DNA of 57,788 nucleotides, taken from the NCBI GenBank assembly GCA_040508955.1, contig JBEVLV010000191.1:1-57788 (forward strand), written 5' to 3'. Under the pieces are notes generated by a model. It did no database searches and had not been told where the DNA came from. It saw only the letters and a list, made by a program, of their open reading frames with translations. The position numbers and the translations under genes were made by a program. Below are positions 30,505-39,314 of the stretch, one piece after another; within the stretch, counting starts at the first letter, position 1; each line of letters starts with the position of its first letter. This DNA comes from Sphingomonas sp. (GTDB taxonomy: Bacteria > Pseudomonadota > Alphaproteobacteria > Sphingomonadales > Sphingomonadaceae).

Positions 30505-30800
30505 GTGATGGGCTTCGAAGTTCCCCTTCATATCATCCTCACTCCCGTGGCTCTTGGGCCATTCGTGACGCGATCGATGCCGTCACAAGCTCGTCCCAGC
30601 TCCTGTTTTCCAGGAATCAGTTGGACAGCTACAGACTATGTTCCGCAAATCGGCACGCGATCAAGCCTTTTTTGTTTCTATTCGACGAAATGCTGTCCTA
30701 CAGATAAAGCCGCGCCGAACGGTGAAGACATCGTCGGGGGAGAGGGGAAAGACGCAATGCCGGGAGTGAAACAGCCTCACGCGCCGCGGAGATCAAGCCG

Positions 30801-32141
30801 GTGAGCGGGGCGGACATCAGGCTCGTCGGCGCGGCGGTCATGGGTATCGCGCTCGCGATCCTGTTGATCGTCCGAGGCCGGCTTCATCCCTTTCTGGGGC
30901 TGCTGTGCGGCGCGTTCGCGGTCGGGATCCTGGCCGGCCTGCCGCTCGCCGATACGGCCAAGGCCGTCCAGAAGGGTGTCGGCGACATCGTCGGCGGCAC
31001 GGGGCTGGTCGTGGCGCTGGGGCTCTCGCTCGGCGCGATGCTGCACTTGTCGGGCGCCGCGGCGTCGCTTGCCACGGGCGCGCTCCGGCTGACCGGGCCG
31101 AAGGCGGCGCCCTGGGCCACGCTGGGCATCGCCATCGTCATCGGCCTGCCGCTCTTCTTCGAAACCGGACTGGTGCTGTTGCTCCCGATCGTCGTGGCAG
31201 CCGCGCAGGCGCTGTCCGACGAAGGAGATCGCGACGCGGCCAAGCTGCGGCTCATCATGCCGGCACTGGCGGGCCTCGGCGTGGTGCACGCGCTGGTGCC
31301 GCCCCATCCGGGGCCGCTGCTGGCGGTCGAGGCCCTGCACGCCAATCTCGGCAAGACGATGCTGTACGGCATCCTGATCGCGATCCCGATTGCCATCCTT
31401 GCCGGCCCGGTGCTGGCCCGATTCACCACGCGCGGCGTACGCCTGGTAGAGCCCGTGCTCAGCGATCATGCGCTCGACCTGATGCCGCCGCGGCGCGCGA
31501 TATCGCTGTTCGTCGTCCTGTTGCCGATCGTGCTGATTGCGGCGGGCGAGCTCGGCAAGCTGGTGCCGGGCTTCGAGGATGCGGCCTGGCTTGCCGCGGC
31601 GAGCAACCCGGTCCTGGCGCTGCTCGTCACCAACCTGGTCGCACTGCCCTTGCTGTTCGGGCGCCGGTTGAGCGAGGCGGCGATCCAGGAGGCGATATGG
31701 TTCGAGACCATGGGAGCCGCCGGCGCGATCCTGCTCGCGATCGGGGCCGGCGGCGCGCTGAAGCAGGTGCTCGTCAGCGCCGGCCTGTCGGACCTGCTGG
31801 CGCGGGTGGTGCTGATGTATGCGATCTCGCCGCTGCTGCTCGGCTGGCTGGTCGCGGTGGGCATCCGGCTTGCCGCCGGCTCAGCGACGGTGGCGACGAT
31901 CACCGCGGTGGGGGTCATGCCCGGCGTGGTCGCGGCCTCGGGCGTGTCGCCCGAGCTGGTGGTGCTGGCGATCGGTGCCGGCTCGGTATTCTTCAGCCAC
32001 GTCAACGATCCCGGCTTCTGGCTGGTGAAGGGCTATGTCGGCACCAGCACGGCCGACACGTTCCGGACCTGGTCGATGCTGGAGACGGTGATCTCGGTGG
32101 CGGGCCTTGTCACGGTCGTCGGACTCAGCTTCGTCATATGA
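30801..32141 (+). CDS. GntP-family gluconate:H+ symporter
   Basis: RLHPFLGL, GLPLFFETG, HALVPPHPGP, IGAGGALKQVL, GSATVA, FSHVNDPGFW, TWSMLET. Confidence 0.93.
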   Translation: MSGADIRLVGAAVMGIALAILLIVRGRLHPFLGLLCGAFAVGILAGLPLADTAKAVQKGVGDIVGGTGLVVALGLSLGAMLHLSGAAASLATGALRLTGPKAAPWATLGIAIVIGLPLFFETGLVLLLPIVVAAAQALSDEGDRDAAKLRLIMPALAGLGVVHALVPPHPGPLLAVEALHANLGKTMLYGILIAIPIAILAGPVLARFTTRGVRLVEPVLSDHALDLMPPRRAISLFVVLLPIVLIAAGELGKLVPGFEDAAWLAAASNPVLALLVTNLVALPLLFGRRLSEAAIQEAIWFETMGAAGAILLAIGAGGALKQVLVSAGLSDLLARVVLMYAISPLLLGWLVAVGIRLAAGSATVATITAVGVMPGVVAASGVSPELVVLAIGAGSVFFSHVNDPGFWLVKGYVGTSTADTFRTWSMLETVISVAGLVTVVGLSFVI

Positions 32142-32157
32142 CCGAGCGTGAGCGAGG

Positions 32158-32733
32158 TTACCGCGCGGTTTGCAGGATGCCGGACTGTGCCCAAGCAACG
32201 ACCTCGCCGCGAAGCACCTCGATCGGCGCATAGCAGTGCAATATCGTGGCGCGCTCATCCGCCCCGGGTCGTTCGAGCGTGGCGAACTGGCTGTCGAGGA
32301 GGCTTGGCGGCATGTAGTGGCTCTTGCGCCCTGCGAGATGTGCGGCGATTTCTTCGCGCGTGCCGTCGAGCAGCACGAACAGGAGCGGGACACCCGCCGC
32401 CTGCTCGAGGCGTTCCCGATAGCTGCGCTTGAGCGCGGAGCAGGCCGCGACCGCCAATCTGTGATCGCGTACCGCGGTGCCGATCGCGGCGCCGAGCCTG
32501 TCGAGCCAGGGCCAGCGGTCGCCATCGTCGAGCGGCCGGCCGGCGCGCATCTTGGCGACGCTCGCCGGCGCGTGGAAATCGTCACCTTCGAAGGCAGGGC
32601 ATCCCAGATATGCGGCGAGATCGTTTGACAGCGTTGTCTTTCCACAGCCGCTCACGCCCATCACGACGATCGCGCTGGGCGGCAGTCCGATCGCATTCCA
32701 CTTTGCCTGCACCGTCGCCTCAGCTCTCGTCAT
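32158..32733 (-). CDS. gntK: Gluconokinase (GntK/IdnK type)
   Basis: C-terminal part of the 1294-aa ORF: VVMGVSGCGKTT, EGDDFH, GRPLDDGDRWPWL, ACSALKRSYR, HYMPPSLLDSQFATLE; start uncertain (32733 or 32799). Confidence 0.9.
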   Translation of the reverse strand: MTRAEATVQAKWNAIGLPPSAIVVMGVSGCGKTTLSNDLAAYLGCPAFEGDDFHAPASVAKMRAGRPLDDGDRWPWLDRLGAAIGTAVRDHRLAVAACSALKRSYRERLEQAAGVPLLFVLLDGTREEIAAHLAGRKSHYMPPSLLDSQFATLERPGADERATILHCYAPIEVLRGEVVAWAQSGILQTAR

Positions 32734-32800
32734 CGTTCGCGCGAACGCGCGCTGCGTTCCGACGGCGATCCTATTGGACGGTTGGCGCGCTTTGACCATT

Positions 32801-32814
32801 GCGACCTTTGTCGC
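32801..32814. promoter_or_regulatory. Palindrome GCGAC-N4-GTCGC (putative LuxR/NarL-family site)
   Basis: GCGAC-CTTT-GTCGC between divergent gntK and paralog B; same core recurs at 35989-36000. Confidence 0.5.
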
Positions 32815-32892
32815 GGTCGCGGCCCTGCCCGGACGGAGGTATCGGGCGGATTGTCCTGGAACGGCCAGCAATTTCACGAAAGGTTGGGAGGC

Positions 32893-35800
32893 ATGAGGAC
32901 CAAGGCAGCGCGCCTGATCGCGGGGTGCATGATCGCCACCCTTCCGCAGCTCGGCACTTCGGCGATGGCGCAGCCGACGCCCTCGCTTTCGGTATATTCC
33001 GTCGTGCCGGACGATCCCCGCGCGGTTGTCGCCAGGACGCGTGGCGACGGCGTGGCCGATGACGGCGCCGCGATCCAGGCGGCGATCGACGCGGCCGCGG
33101 CCAAACCGGGCGGCGGCATCGTCTTCCTGCCTTCGGGCCGCCATCGGATCACCCGTACGCTTTACATCTGGCCCGGCGTGCGCCTGTTCGGCGTCGGCAA
33201 AAGGCGTCCGGTCTTCGTGCTCGCCGCCGCGACGCCGGGTTTCCAGCGCGGTGTCGGCAGCATGGTATTCTTCACCGGCAACCATCCCGGCGGCACCGCG
33301 CCGGGCCCCGGCGGCGTCCCGCTGCGCGGCAAGGTGCCGGTGCCGCCGCCGACCAGCGTGCCCTTCGACCCCAACATCGCCGATGCCAATTCCGGCACCT
33401 TCTATTCGGCGATGGCCAATGTCGATTTCGAGATCGGCCCGGGCAATCCGGCCGCGACGGCGGTGCGCATGCATACCGCCCAGCACAGCTATCTCGCCCA
33501 TATCGACTTCCATCTGGGTTCCGCGCTTGCCGGGATCTACCAGGTCGGCAATCTCGGCATGGACCTGCGTTTCTATGGCGGGCGTTACGGCATCCTCGCC
33601 GAGAAGACCTCGCCTGCCTGGCAATATACGCTGCTGGATTCGACCTTCGATGGCCAGCGCGACGCCGCGATCCGCGAGCATGAGGCCGGGCTCACCCTGG
33701 TCAACACGGTGCTGCGCAACGTCCCCGTCGGTATCGAGATCGATCGCGGCTATGGCGACTGGCTGTGGGGCAAGGATGTCCGCTTCGAGAATGTCTCGCG
33801 GGCGGGGGTCGTCATCAGCAACGAGGGCAATGCCTATACCCAGATCGGGTTCGACAATGCCCTGGCCAGCAGCACCCCGGTGTTCGCGCGCTTCCGCGAC
33901 AGCGGCAGGATCGTGGCGGGACCGGCATCGCGCTACCGCATCAAGGAATTCACCTATGGGCTGACGGTGCCGGCACTGGGGCAGACCGGAAGCTTCGCGA
34001 CGCGGGTGGACGCGGTTCCGCTTTCCTCCTGGCCGCGGCGCCGCGATCCGGCGATCCGCGCCTTTCCCGGCGTCGGTGCCTGGACCAATGTCCGCGACCT
34101 GGGCGTGAAGGGCGACAATTCGACCGACGACACCGCCGCGATCCAGCGTGCGATCGATACGCACCGCGTGCTCTATTTTCCCTCCGGCTTCTACCGGGTC
34201 ACGGACACGCTGAAGCTGCGCGCGGACAGCGTGCTGATCGGCCTGCATCCCAGCCTGACGCAGATCACGCTCGCCGACGATACGCCCGCCTTTCGCGGCG
34301 TCGGGCCGGCCAAGGCGTTGATCGAAAGCGCGAAGGGGGGCGATGCGATCGTCTCCGGAATCGGTCTTGGCACCGGCGGGATCAACCCGCGCGCGACGGC
34401 CTTGCTGTGGCGCGCCGGCGAAAACTCGCTGGTCGACGACGTCAAATTCCAGGGCGGGCACGGCACCGAACTCGCCGATGGAACGCGCTTCGACCCCTAT
34501 AACGCCAACCACACCGCCGATGCCGACCCGAAGAAGCGCTGGGACGGGCAATATCCGAGTCTCTGGGTGACGGACGGGGGAGGGGGGAGCTTCAACGGGC
34601 TCTGGACGCCGAACACCTATGCCCAGGCCGGGCTCTACGTCTCCGACACCGCGACGCCGGGTCACGTCTACGAGATGTCGGCCGAGCATCATGTGCGGGC
34701 CGAGATCGTGCTCGATGGCGTGCGCAACTGGGAGTTCCTGGCGCCGCAGACCGAGGAGGAAGCGGGGGAGAGCCGTAACACGGTGGCGCTCGAGGTTCGC
34801 AATTCGCGTAACATCCTGTTCGCCAACTTCCACGGATATCGCGTCACGCGGTCGCTCCAGCCGGCGCCGGCTGCGGTCAGGCTCTACGGCTCGACCGATA
34901 TCCGTTTCCGCAATGTCCATGTGAACGCCGAGAGCGGCTTCTCGACCTGCGATGCCAATGGTTGCGGTACCTATCTGCGCGCGAGCAAATATCCCTATGA
35001 GAACGCGATTCAGGATCTGACGCGCGGCACGGAGATGCGCGAGCGCGAGTTCGCGGTACTCGATGTGACCGATGCGCCGGCGCCCGCGGCCGTGCCTTCG
35101 CTGGCACCCGTCAAGCAGCTTGCGGGCGATTTCCAGGCGCTGGGCGGCGGCGCTGTCGATGCGGCGGGCAAACTCTATTTCATCGACCGGCTCTCCCACC
35201 GCATTCACGCCTGGTCGGAGAAGGAAGGCCTGTCGATCGTCGCCGATGCCCCGCTCGACCCGGTCAATCTCGCGGTCGATCGATCGGGCAAGCTGATGGT
35301 GCTGTCCTCGGACGGCCCCGAGGCGACCGTCTACAGCATCGATCCGTCTCGACCCGCGGAAGTGCGGGTGATCGCGCCGAAGGCTGCCACCGATCATTCG
35401 CGCGCCCGCGTCGCGTTGCCCGGCAGCTTCTGGGTCAATGGCGAGTTCCGCGATCAATACGATCCCGTCGGCGATCGCTTCACCACCCTGGCCGAGATGT
35501 TCGCGCGCGACATGGCCGCGGCCAAACCCCGCGAATATGTCTCGCCGGACGGCAGCCTGGTTCTGCCCGCCTATCGCGTGTGGCAGCAGGGACCGGCCAA
35601 TCATCTCGGCTGGCGCTTTTCCGATACGCTCGACACCTATGGATGGGTCACCGGCAAGATCGGCGAGCGCATCTATGTCGCCAACGGTTCGGAGGACCGG
35701 ACCTATTCCGGCCTGCTTGGTGCCGGCGGCACGATTGCCGATCTCAAGCCGTTCGCGGCGCGTGGTGGCGAGAGCGTGGCGGCAGGTCCCGATGGACGCG

Positions 35801-35961
35801 TCTACGTCGCGAACGGCCAGGTGTTCGTCTATGCGGCCGACGGTCGTGAGCTCGGTCGGATCGAAGTGTCTGAGAGACCACTGCAATTGCTGTTCGGAGG
35901 GTCGGACGGGCGCACGCTGTTCATCCTCACGCATCGGGCGCTCTATTCCGCGCAGCCGTGA
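32893..35961 (+). CDS. Secreted double beta-helix (GH55-like) + SMP-30-like propeller protein, paralog B
   Basis: RBS GGGAGG; signal peptide; colinear with paralog A (EKTSPAWQ, QRDAAIREHE, GGINPRATALLW, SAEHH...WEFLAPQTE, RASKYP, EYVSPDGSLVLPA). Confidence 0.82.
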   Translation: MRTKAARLIAGCMIATLPQLGTSAMAQPTPSLSVYSVVPDDPRAVVARTRGDGVADDGAAIQAAIDAAAAKPGGGIVFLPSGRHRITRTLYIWPGVRLFGVGKRRPVFVLAAATPGFQRGVGSMVFFTGNHPGGTAPGPGGVPLRGKVPVPPPTSVPFDPNIADANSGTFYSAMANVDFEIGPGNPAATAVRMHTAQHSYLAHIDFHLGSALAGIYQVGNLGMDLRFYGGRYGILAEKTSPAWQYTLLDSTFDGQRDAAIREHEAGLTLVNTVLRNVPVGIEIDRGYGDWLWGKDVRFENVSRAGVVISNEGNAYTQIGFDNALASSTPVFARFRDSGRIVAGPASRYRIKEFTYGLTVPALGQTGSFATRVDAVPLSSWPRRRDPAIRAFPGVGAWTNVRDLGVKGDNSTDDTAAIQRAIDTHRVLYFPSGFYRVTDTLKLRADSVLIGLHPSLTQITLADDTPAFRGVGPAKALIESAKGGDAIVSGIGLGTGGINPRATALLWRAGENSLVDDVKFQGGHGTELADGTRFDPYNANHTADADPKKRWDGQYPSLWVTDGGGGSFNGLWTPNTYAQAGLYVSDTATPGHVYEMSAEHHVRAEIVLDGVRNWEFLAPQTEEEAGESRNTVALEVRNSRNILFANFHGYRVTRSLQPAPAAVRLYGSTDIRFRNVHVNAESGFSTCDANGCGTYLRASKYPYENAIQDLTRGTEMREREFAVLDVTDAPAPAAVPSLAPVKQLAGDFQALGGGAVDAAGKLYFIDRLSHRIHAWSEKEGLSIVADAPLDPVNLAVDRSGKLMVLSSDGPEATVYSIDPSRPAEVRVIAPKAATDHSRARVALPGSFWVNGEFRDQYDPVGDRFTTLAEMFARDMAAAKPREYVSPDGSLVLPAYRVWQQGPANHLGWRFSDTLDTYGWVTGKIGERIYVANGSEDRTYSGLLGAGGTIADLKPFAARGGESVAAGPDGRVYVANGQVFVYAADGRELGRIEVSERPLQLLFGGSDGRTLFILTHRALYSAQP

Positions 35962-35978
35962 GCCGGCTGGCTCACGGC
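35955..35978 (+). terminator. Perfect 10-bp hairpin overlapping paralog B stop
   Basis: GCCGTGAGCC-GGCT-GGCTCACGGC; no U-tract. Confidence 0.45.
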
Positions 35979-35988
35979 GCAGCTTGTG

Positions 35989-36000
35989 CGACCTTGGTCG
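35989..36000. promoter_or_regulatory. Palindrome CGAC-N4-GTCG upstream of TonB receptor
   Basis: (G)CGAC-CTTG-GTCG, nearly identical to 32801-32814, ~96 bp upstream of ATG. Confidence 0.5.
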
Positions 36001-36096
36001 TAGATGATGGGCCGCTTCCGATCCGCTATTACTCGGACTCAATAACGTGACGCCTGCAGAGACTGGCGCAGGTTATCGGCAAAAAGGGGATGGATA

Positions 36097-39087
36097 ATGA
36101 TCAAGATCGCGTTGGATCGCCGTGCGTTGGCCGGAATTAATGTTAACGTTACCAGTGTCATCGCGCTAGCCGCCGTACTGGCCTGCTCACCTGCTTATGC
36201 GCAAACCTCCGCTGCGGCCGATCAGGCACAGAACACACAGGTTCCGCCAACGTCGCCGGAAGAGCAGGATTCCACGGGCGAGATCATCGTTACCGGCAGC
36301 CGCATCCTGTCGAGCGGCTTCACCGCGCCGACGCCGACGACCGTGATCGGCGAGGACCAGATCGCCAACAACGCCCAGCCGAACATCTTCAACACGATCG
36401 CGCAGCTTCCGTCGCTGCAGGGGTCTACCGGGGCGGCTACCGGCACGTTCAGTACCTCGAGCGGCCAACAGGGCCTCAGCTCCTTCTCGCTGCGCGGCCT
36501 GGGGACGATCCGCACGCTGACCTTGCTCGACGGCCAGCGCGTCGTCGGCGCCAACGTGACCGGCGTTCCCGACATCAGCATGTTCCCGCAGCTGCTGATC
36601 CGGCGGGTCGACGTGGTCACCGGTGGCGCCTCCGCCTCCTACGGTTCCGACGCGGTCGGCGGCGTGGTCAACTTCATCACCGATACGCGCTTCACCGGCT
36701 TCAAGGCGAACCTCCAGGGCGGCATCACCAATTATGGCGACGACAAGCAGGCGCTCGTCCAGGCGGCGGGGGGCGTAGCGCTTCTCGACGATCGCCTGCA
36801 CCTGATCGCCAGCGGCGAATATGACCACGAGGATGGCGTGGGGCCAGGCGATTTCGGCACCGATCTCGCGGGCAGCCGCGACTGGTACCGCGCCACGACA
36901 CTGGTGAATACCGGACAGACCAACAACGGCTCGCCGCAATTCCGGTACCGCGACTATGCGCAACCCTATCAATATGCCCGGTACGGCCTGATCAACAACG
37001 GACCGTTGCAGGGCATCGCGTTCGACCAGAACGGCACGCCGTTCAACTTCAACTATGGGTCGGGCGGCACGCCGACGGGCACCGGCGCGGTCACGGGCTG
37101 CTTCCCCGGCAATGCCTTCTGCGTCGGCGGCGACCTGTCGGGCGCTCCGGGCGATGGCGCCTCGCTGAAGTCGTCGCTGGAGCGCATCAACGGCTTCGGT
37201 CGGATCGGCTTCGATTTTGCGGAGAATAACGAGATCTACCTAACCGCCAATGTGGCGAAGGTGACGACCAGCAACCAGCCCAGCCCGGGCTATAATCGCC
37301 CGAACCTGACGGTCCAGTGTGCAAACCCCTATCTGCCGCAGCTTATCCGGGATCGCTGCGCCACCGCCGGCATCACCCAGTTCAACTTCGGGTCGAGCAA
37401 CGGCAATTTCCCCGACCCCAAGGTCAGCACCGACCGACGTCAGTATCGCTTCGTCGCGGGCGTCAAGGGCAGCTTCGGCGTGGGCGGTTCCGACTGGAAG
37501 TATGACGCCTATTACGAGAACGGCACCACGATCTCGGACATCGATGTCGATACCATCGTCCTGCAGAATCGCTATGTGGCCGCGACCAACGCGATCACGC
37601 TGAACGGCGCGATCGTCTGCGCTGACGCCGCGGCGAGGGCGGCCGGATGCCAGCCGATCAACATCTTCGGCGGCTTCGCTCCCTCCTCGGCGGCGCTGGC
37701 CTATGTCACCCCCGCCAACGGGCCGTTCCAGCACACCAAGCTGACCCAGGATGTGGCCAGCATCAACTTCTCGGGCGAGCCGCTCAATCTCTGGGCGGGC
37801 CCGCTCTCGGTCGCGTTCGGTGGCGAGTACCGCCACGAGTTCTACCGGGTGAACGCCGATCCCTATGGCGCGGGTGTCTCCGCCATCAGCCCGAACAGTG
37901 CCGATTATCCGGCGGATCCGCTGCTCAATGCGCCGCTGGGAAGCAACTGGGCGGCGGGCAACTACAAGAACGGCCGCGGTAAGTACGACGTCTATGAGGG
38001 CTTTCTGGAAGTCGACCTGCCGCTGTTCAAAGGCGACGGGATCGGCCGTGCGAACCTGAACGGCGCCGGTCGCGTGACCCACTACAGCACCTCCGGCACC
38101 GTCTGGGCGTGGAAGATCGGCGGCACCTGGGATACCCCGCTCGAAGGCGTCCGCCTGCGCGCGGTGACCTCGCGCGACGTGCGCGCGCCCAACCTGTCCG
38201 AACTGTTCGCCGCGCCGACCGTCACGACGCTGCCCAGCTTCAACGATCCGTTCCGCAACGTCGCGGTCCAGGCGTTCCAGAATACGGTCGGCAACCCCAA
38301 CCTGAAGCCGGAGATCGCCCGCAACACGGAGGCGGGGATCGTCCTCTCGCGGCCGTCCTGGCTGCCGGGCCTGAGCCTCTCGTTCGACTATTACAGCATC
38401 AAGCTGAGCGGTGTGGTCTCGACCCTGTCGGCGGACCAGATCGTCCGTTTCTGCTTCGAGGGCAACCAGGCCTTCTGCGGTGGTTTCGTGCTGAACAGCC
38501 CGACCCAGGGCGGCAATTTCATCAACGTCCAGCCGTTCAACCTGGCTTCCTGGAAGACGAGCGGCTTCGATATCGAGGCGAGCTACCAGTGGAATCGGCC
38601 GCTGGGGCTGCCGGGCAATTTCACGGTCCGCGCGCTGGGGACGCATGTCCGCGAGTTCATCGTCGATGCGGGCATCGCCGGCGTCGACAAGGTCAACCAG
38701 GCGGGCGCCAATACCGGCAATACGCCGGACTGGAAGTGGCTGGCCATCCAAACCTACGACAATGACGCGTTCAGCCTGACGCTCCAGGAGCGCTGGTTCT
38801 CGGACGGCGTGTTCGGCAACCAATATGTGGTCTGCGCGACGGCCTGCCCGGCATCGACCGCGAACCATCCGACCATCGACTACAACAAGATGAAGGGGGC
38901 CTTCTACTTCGACGTGGGCGGCACCGTGAAGGTCACCAAGGCGGTCGGCGCCTTCTTCAAGGTGGACAATGTCTTCGATCACGATCCCGCGCCGTCGCCG
39001 CAGACCAATACCGGCCTGGATGTGAACCCGGCGCTCTACGACACGCTCGGCCGCATCTATCGCGTCGGTATCCGCGCACGCTTCTGA
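36097..39087 (+). CDS. TonB-dependent receptor
   Basis: EIIVTGSR TonB box; LRGLGTIRTLTLLDGQR; RVDVVTGGASASYGSDAVGGVVN; SRDVRAPNLSELF; GNPNLKPE; ends in ARF. Confidence 0.94.
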   Translation: MIKIALDRRALAGINVNVTSVIALAAVLACSPAYAQTSAAADQAQNTQVPPTSPEEQDSTGEIIVTGSRILSSGFTAPTPTTVIGEDQIANNAQPNIFNTIAQLPSLQGSTGAATGTFSTSSGQQGLSSFSLRGLGTIRTLTLLDGQRVVGANVTGVPDISMFPQLLIRRVDVVTGGASASYGSDAVGGVVNFITDTRFTGFKANLQGGITNYGDDKQALVQAAGGVALLDDRLHLIASGEYDHEDGVGPGDFGTDLAGSRDWYRATTLVNTGQTNNGSPQFRYRDYAQPYQYARYGLINNGPLQGIAFDQNGTPFNFNYGSGGTPTGTGAVTGCFPGNAFCVGGDLSGAPGDGASLKSSLERINGFGRIGFDFAENNEIYLTANVAKVTTSNQPSPGYNRPNLTVQCANPYLPQLIRDRCATAGITQFNFGSSNGNFPDPKVSTDRRQYRFVAGVKGSFGVGGSDWKYDAYYENGTTISDIDVDTIVLQNRYVAATNAITLNGAIVCADAAARAAGCQPINIFGGFAPSSAALAYVTPANGPFQHTKLTQDVASINFSGEPLNLWAGPLSVAFGGEYRHEFYRVNADPYGAGVSAISPNSADYPADPLLNAPLGSNWAAGNYKNGRGKYDVYEGFLEVDLPLFKGDGIGRANLNGAGRVTHYSTSGTVWAWKIGGTWDTPLEGVRLRAVTSRDVRAPNLSELFAAPTVTTLPSFNDPFRNVAVQAFQNTVGNPNLKPEIARNTEAGIVLSRPSWLPGLSLSFDYYSIKLSGVVSTLSADQIVRFCFEGNQAFCGGFVLNSPTQGGNFINVQPFNLASWKTSGFDIEASYQWNRPLGLPGNFTVRALGTHVREFIVDAGIAGVDKVNQAGANTGNTPDWKWLAIQTYDNDAFSLTLQERWFSDGVFGNQYVVCATACPASTANHPTIDYNKMKGAFYFDVGGTVKVTKAVGAFFKVDNVFDHDPAPSPQTNTGLDVNPALYDTLGRIYRVGIRARF
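36141..36154. promoter_or_regulatory. LacI-family-like operator inside 5' end of receptor gene
   Basis: TGTTAACGTTACCA, near-perfect palindrome with central CG in an AT-rich patch. Confidence 0.45.
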
Positions 39088-39314
39088 CCCCATCCCCGAC
39101 CCCTCCGTCGGCGGAGTGGAAGGCGATCATAGCCGTCCCGGCCATGAAAACCGGAAACTTCGCCGACAATTTTTGCGGTATGCTTTCAGTCCGAGGCTTG
39201 ATTTGCATTCGGACGGGTCGGTCCAGCCGGCGGTGAAATGCAGGATGCGCTCCTCGCCCTGGGCGAACAGGGCGAGGATCGCGTGATCGTTCGGCAGATG
39301 GGCCGACCGCAGAC

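Noticed and set aside
32158-36042. 1294-aa minus-strand ORF suggesting a giant gluconokinase fusion
   Set aside because: The first ~1100 aa are the antisense shadow of paralog B; only the last ~190 aa are GntK.
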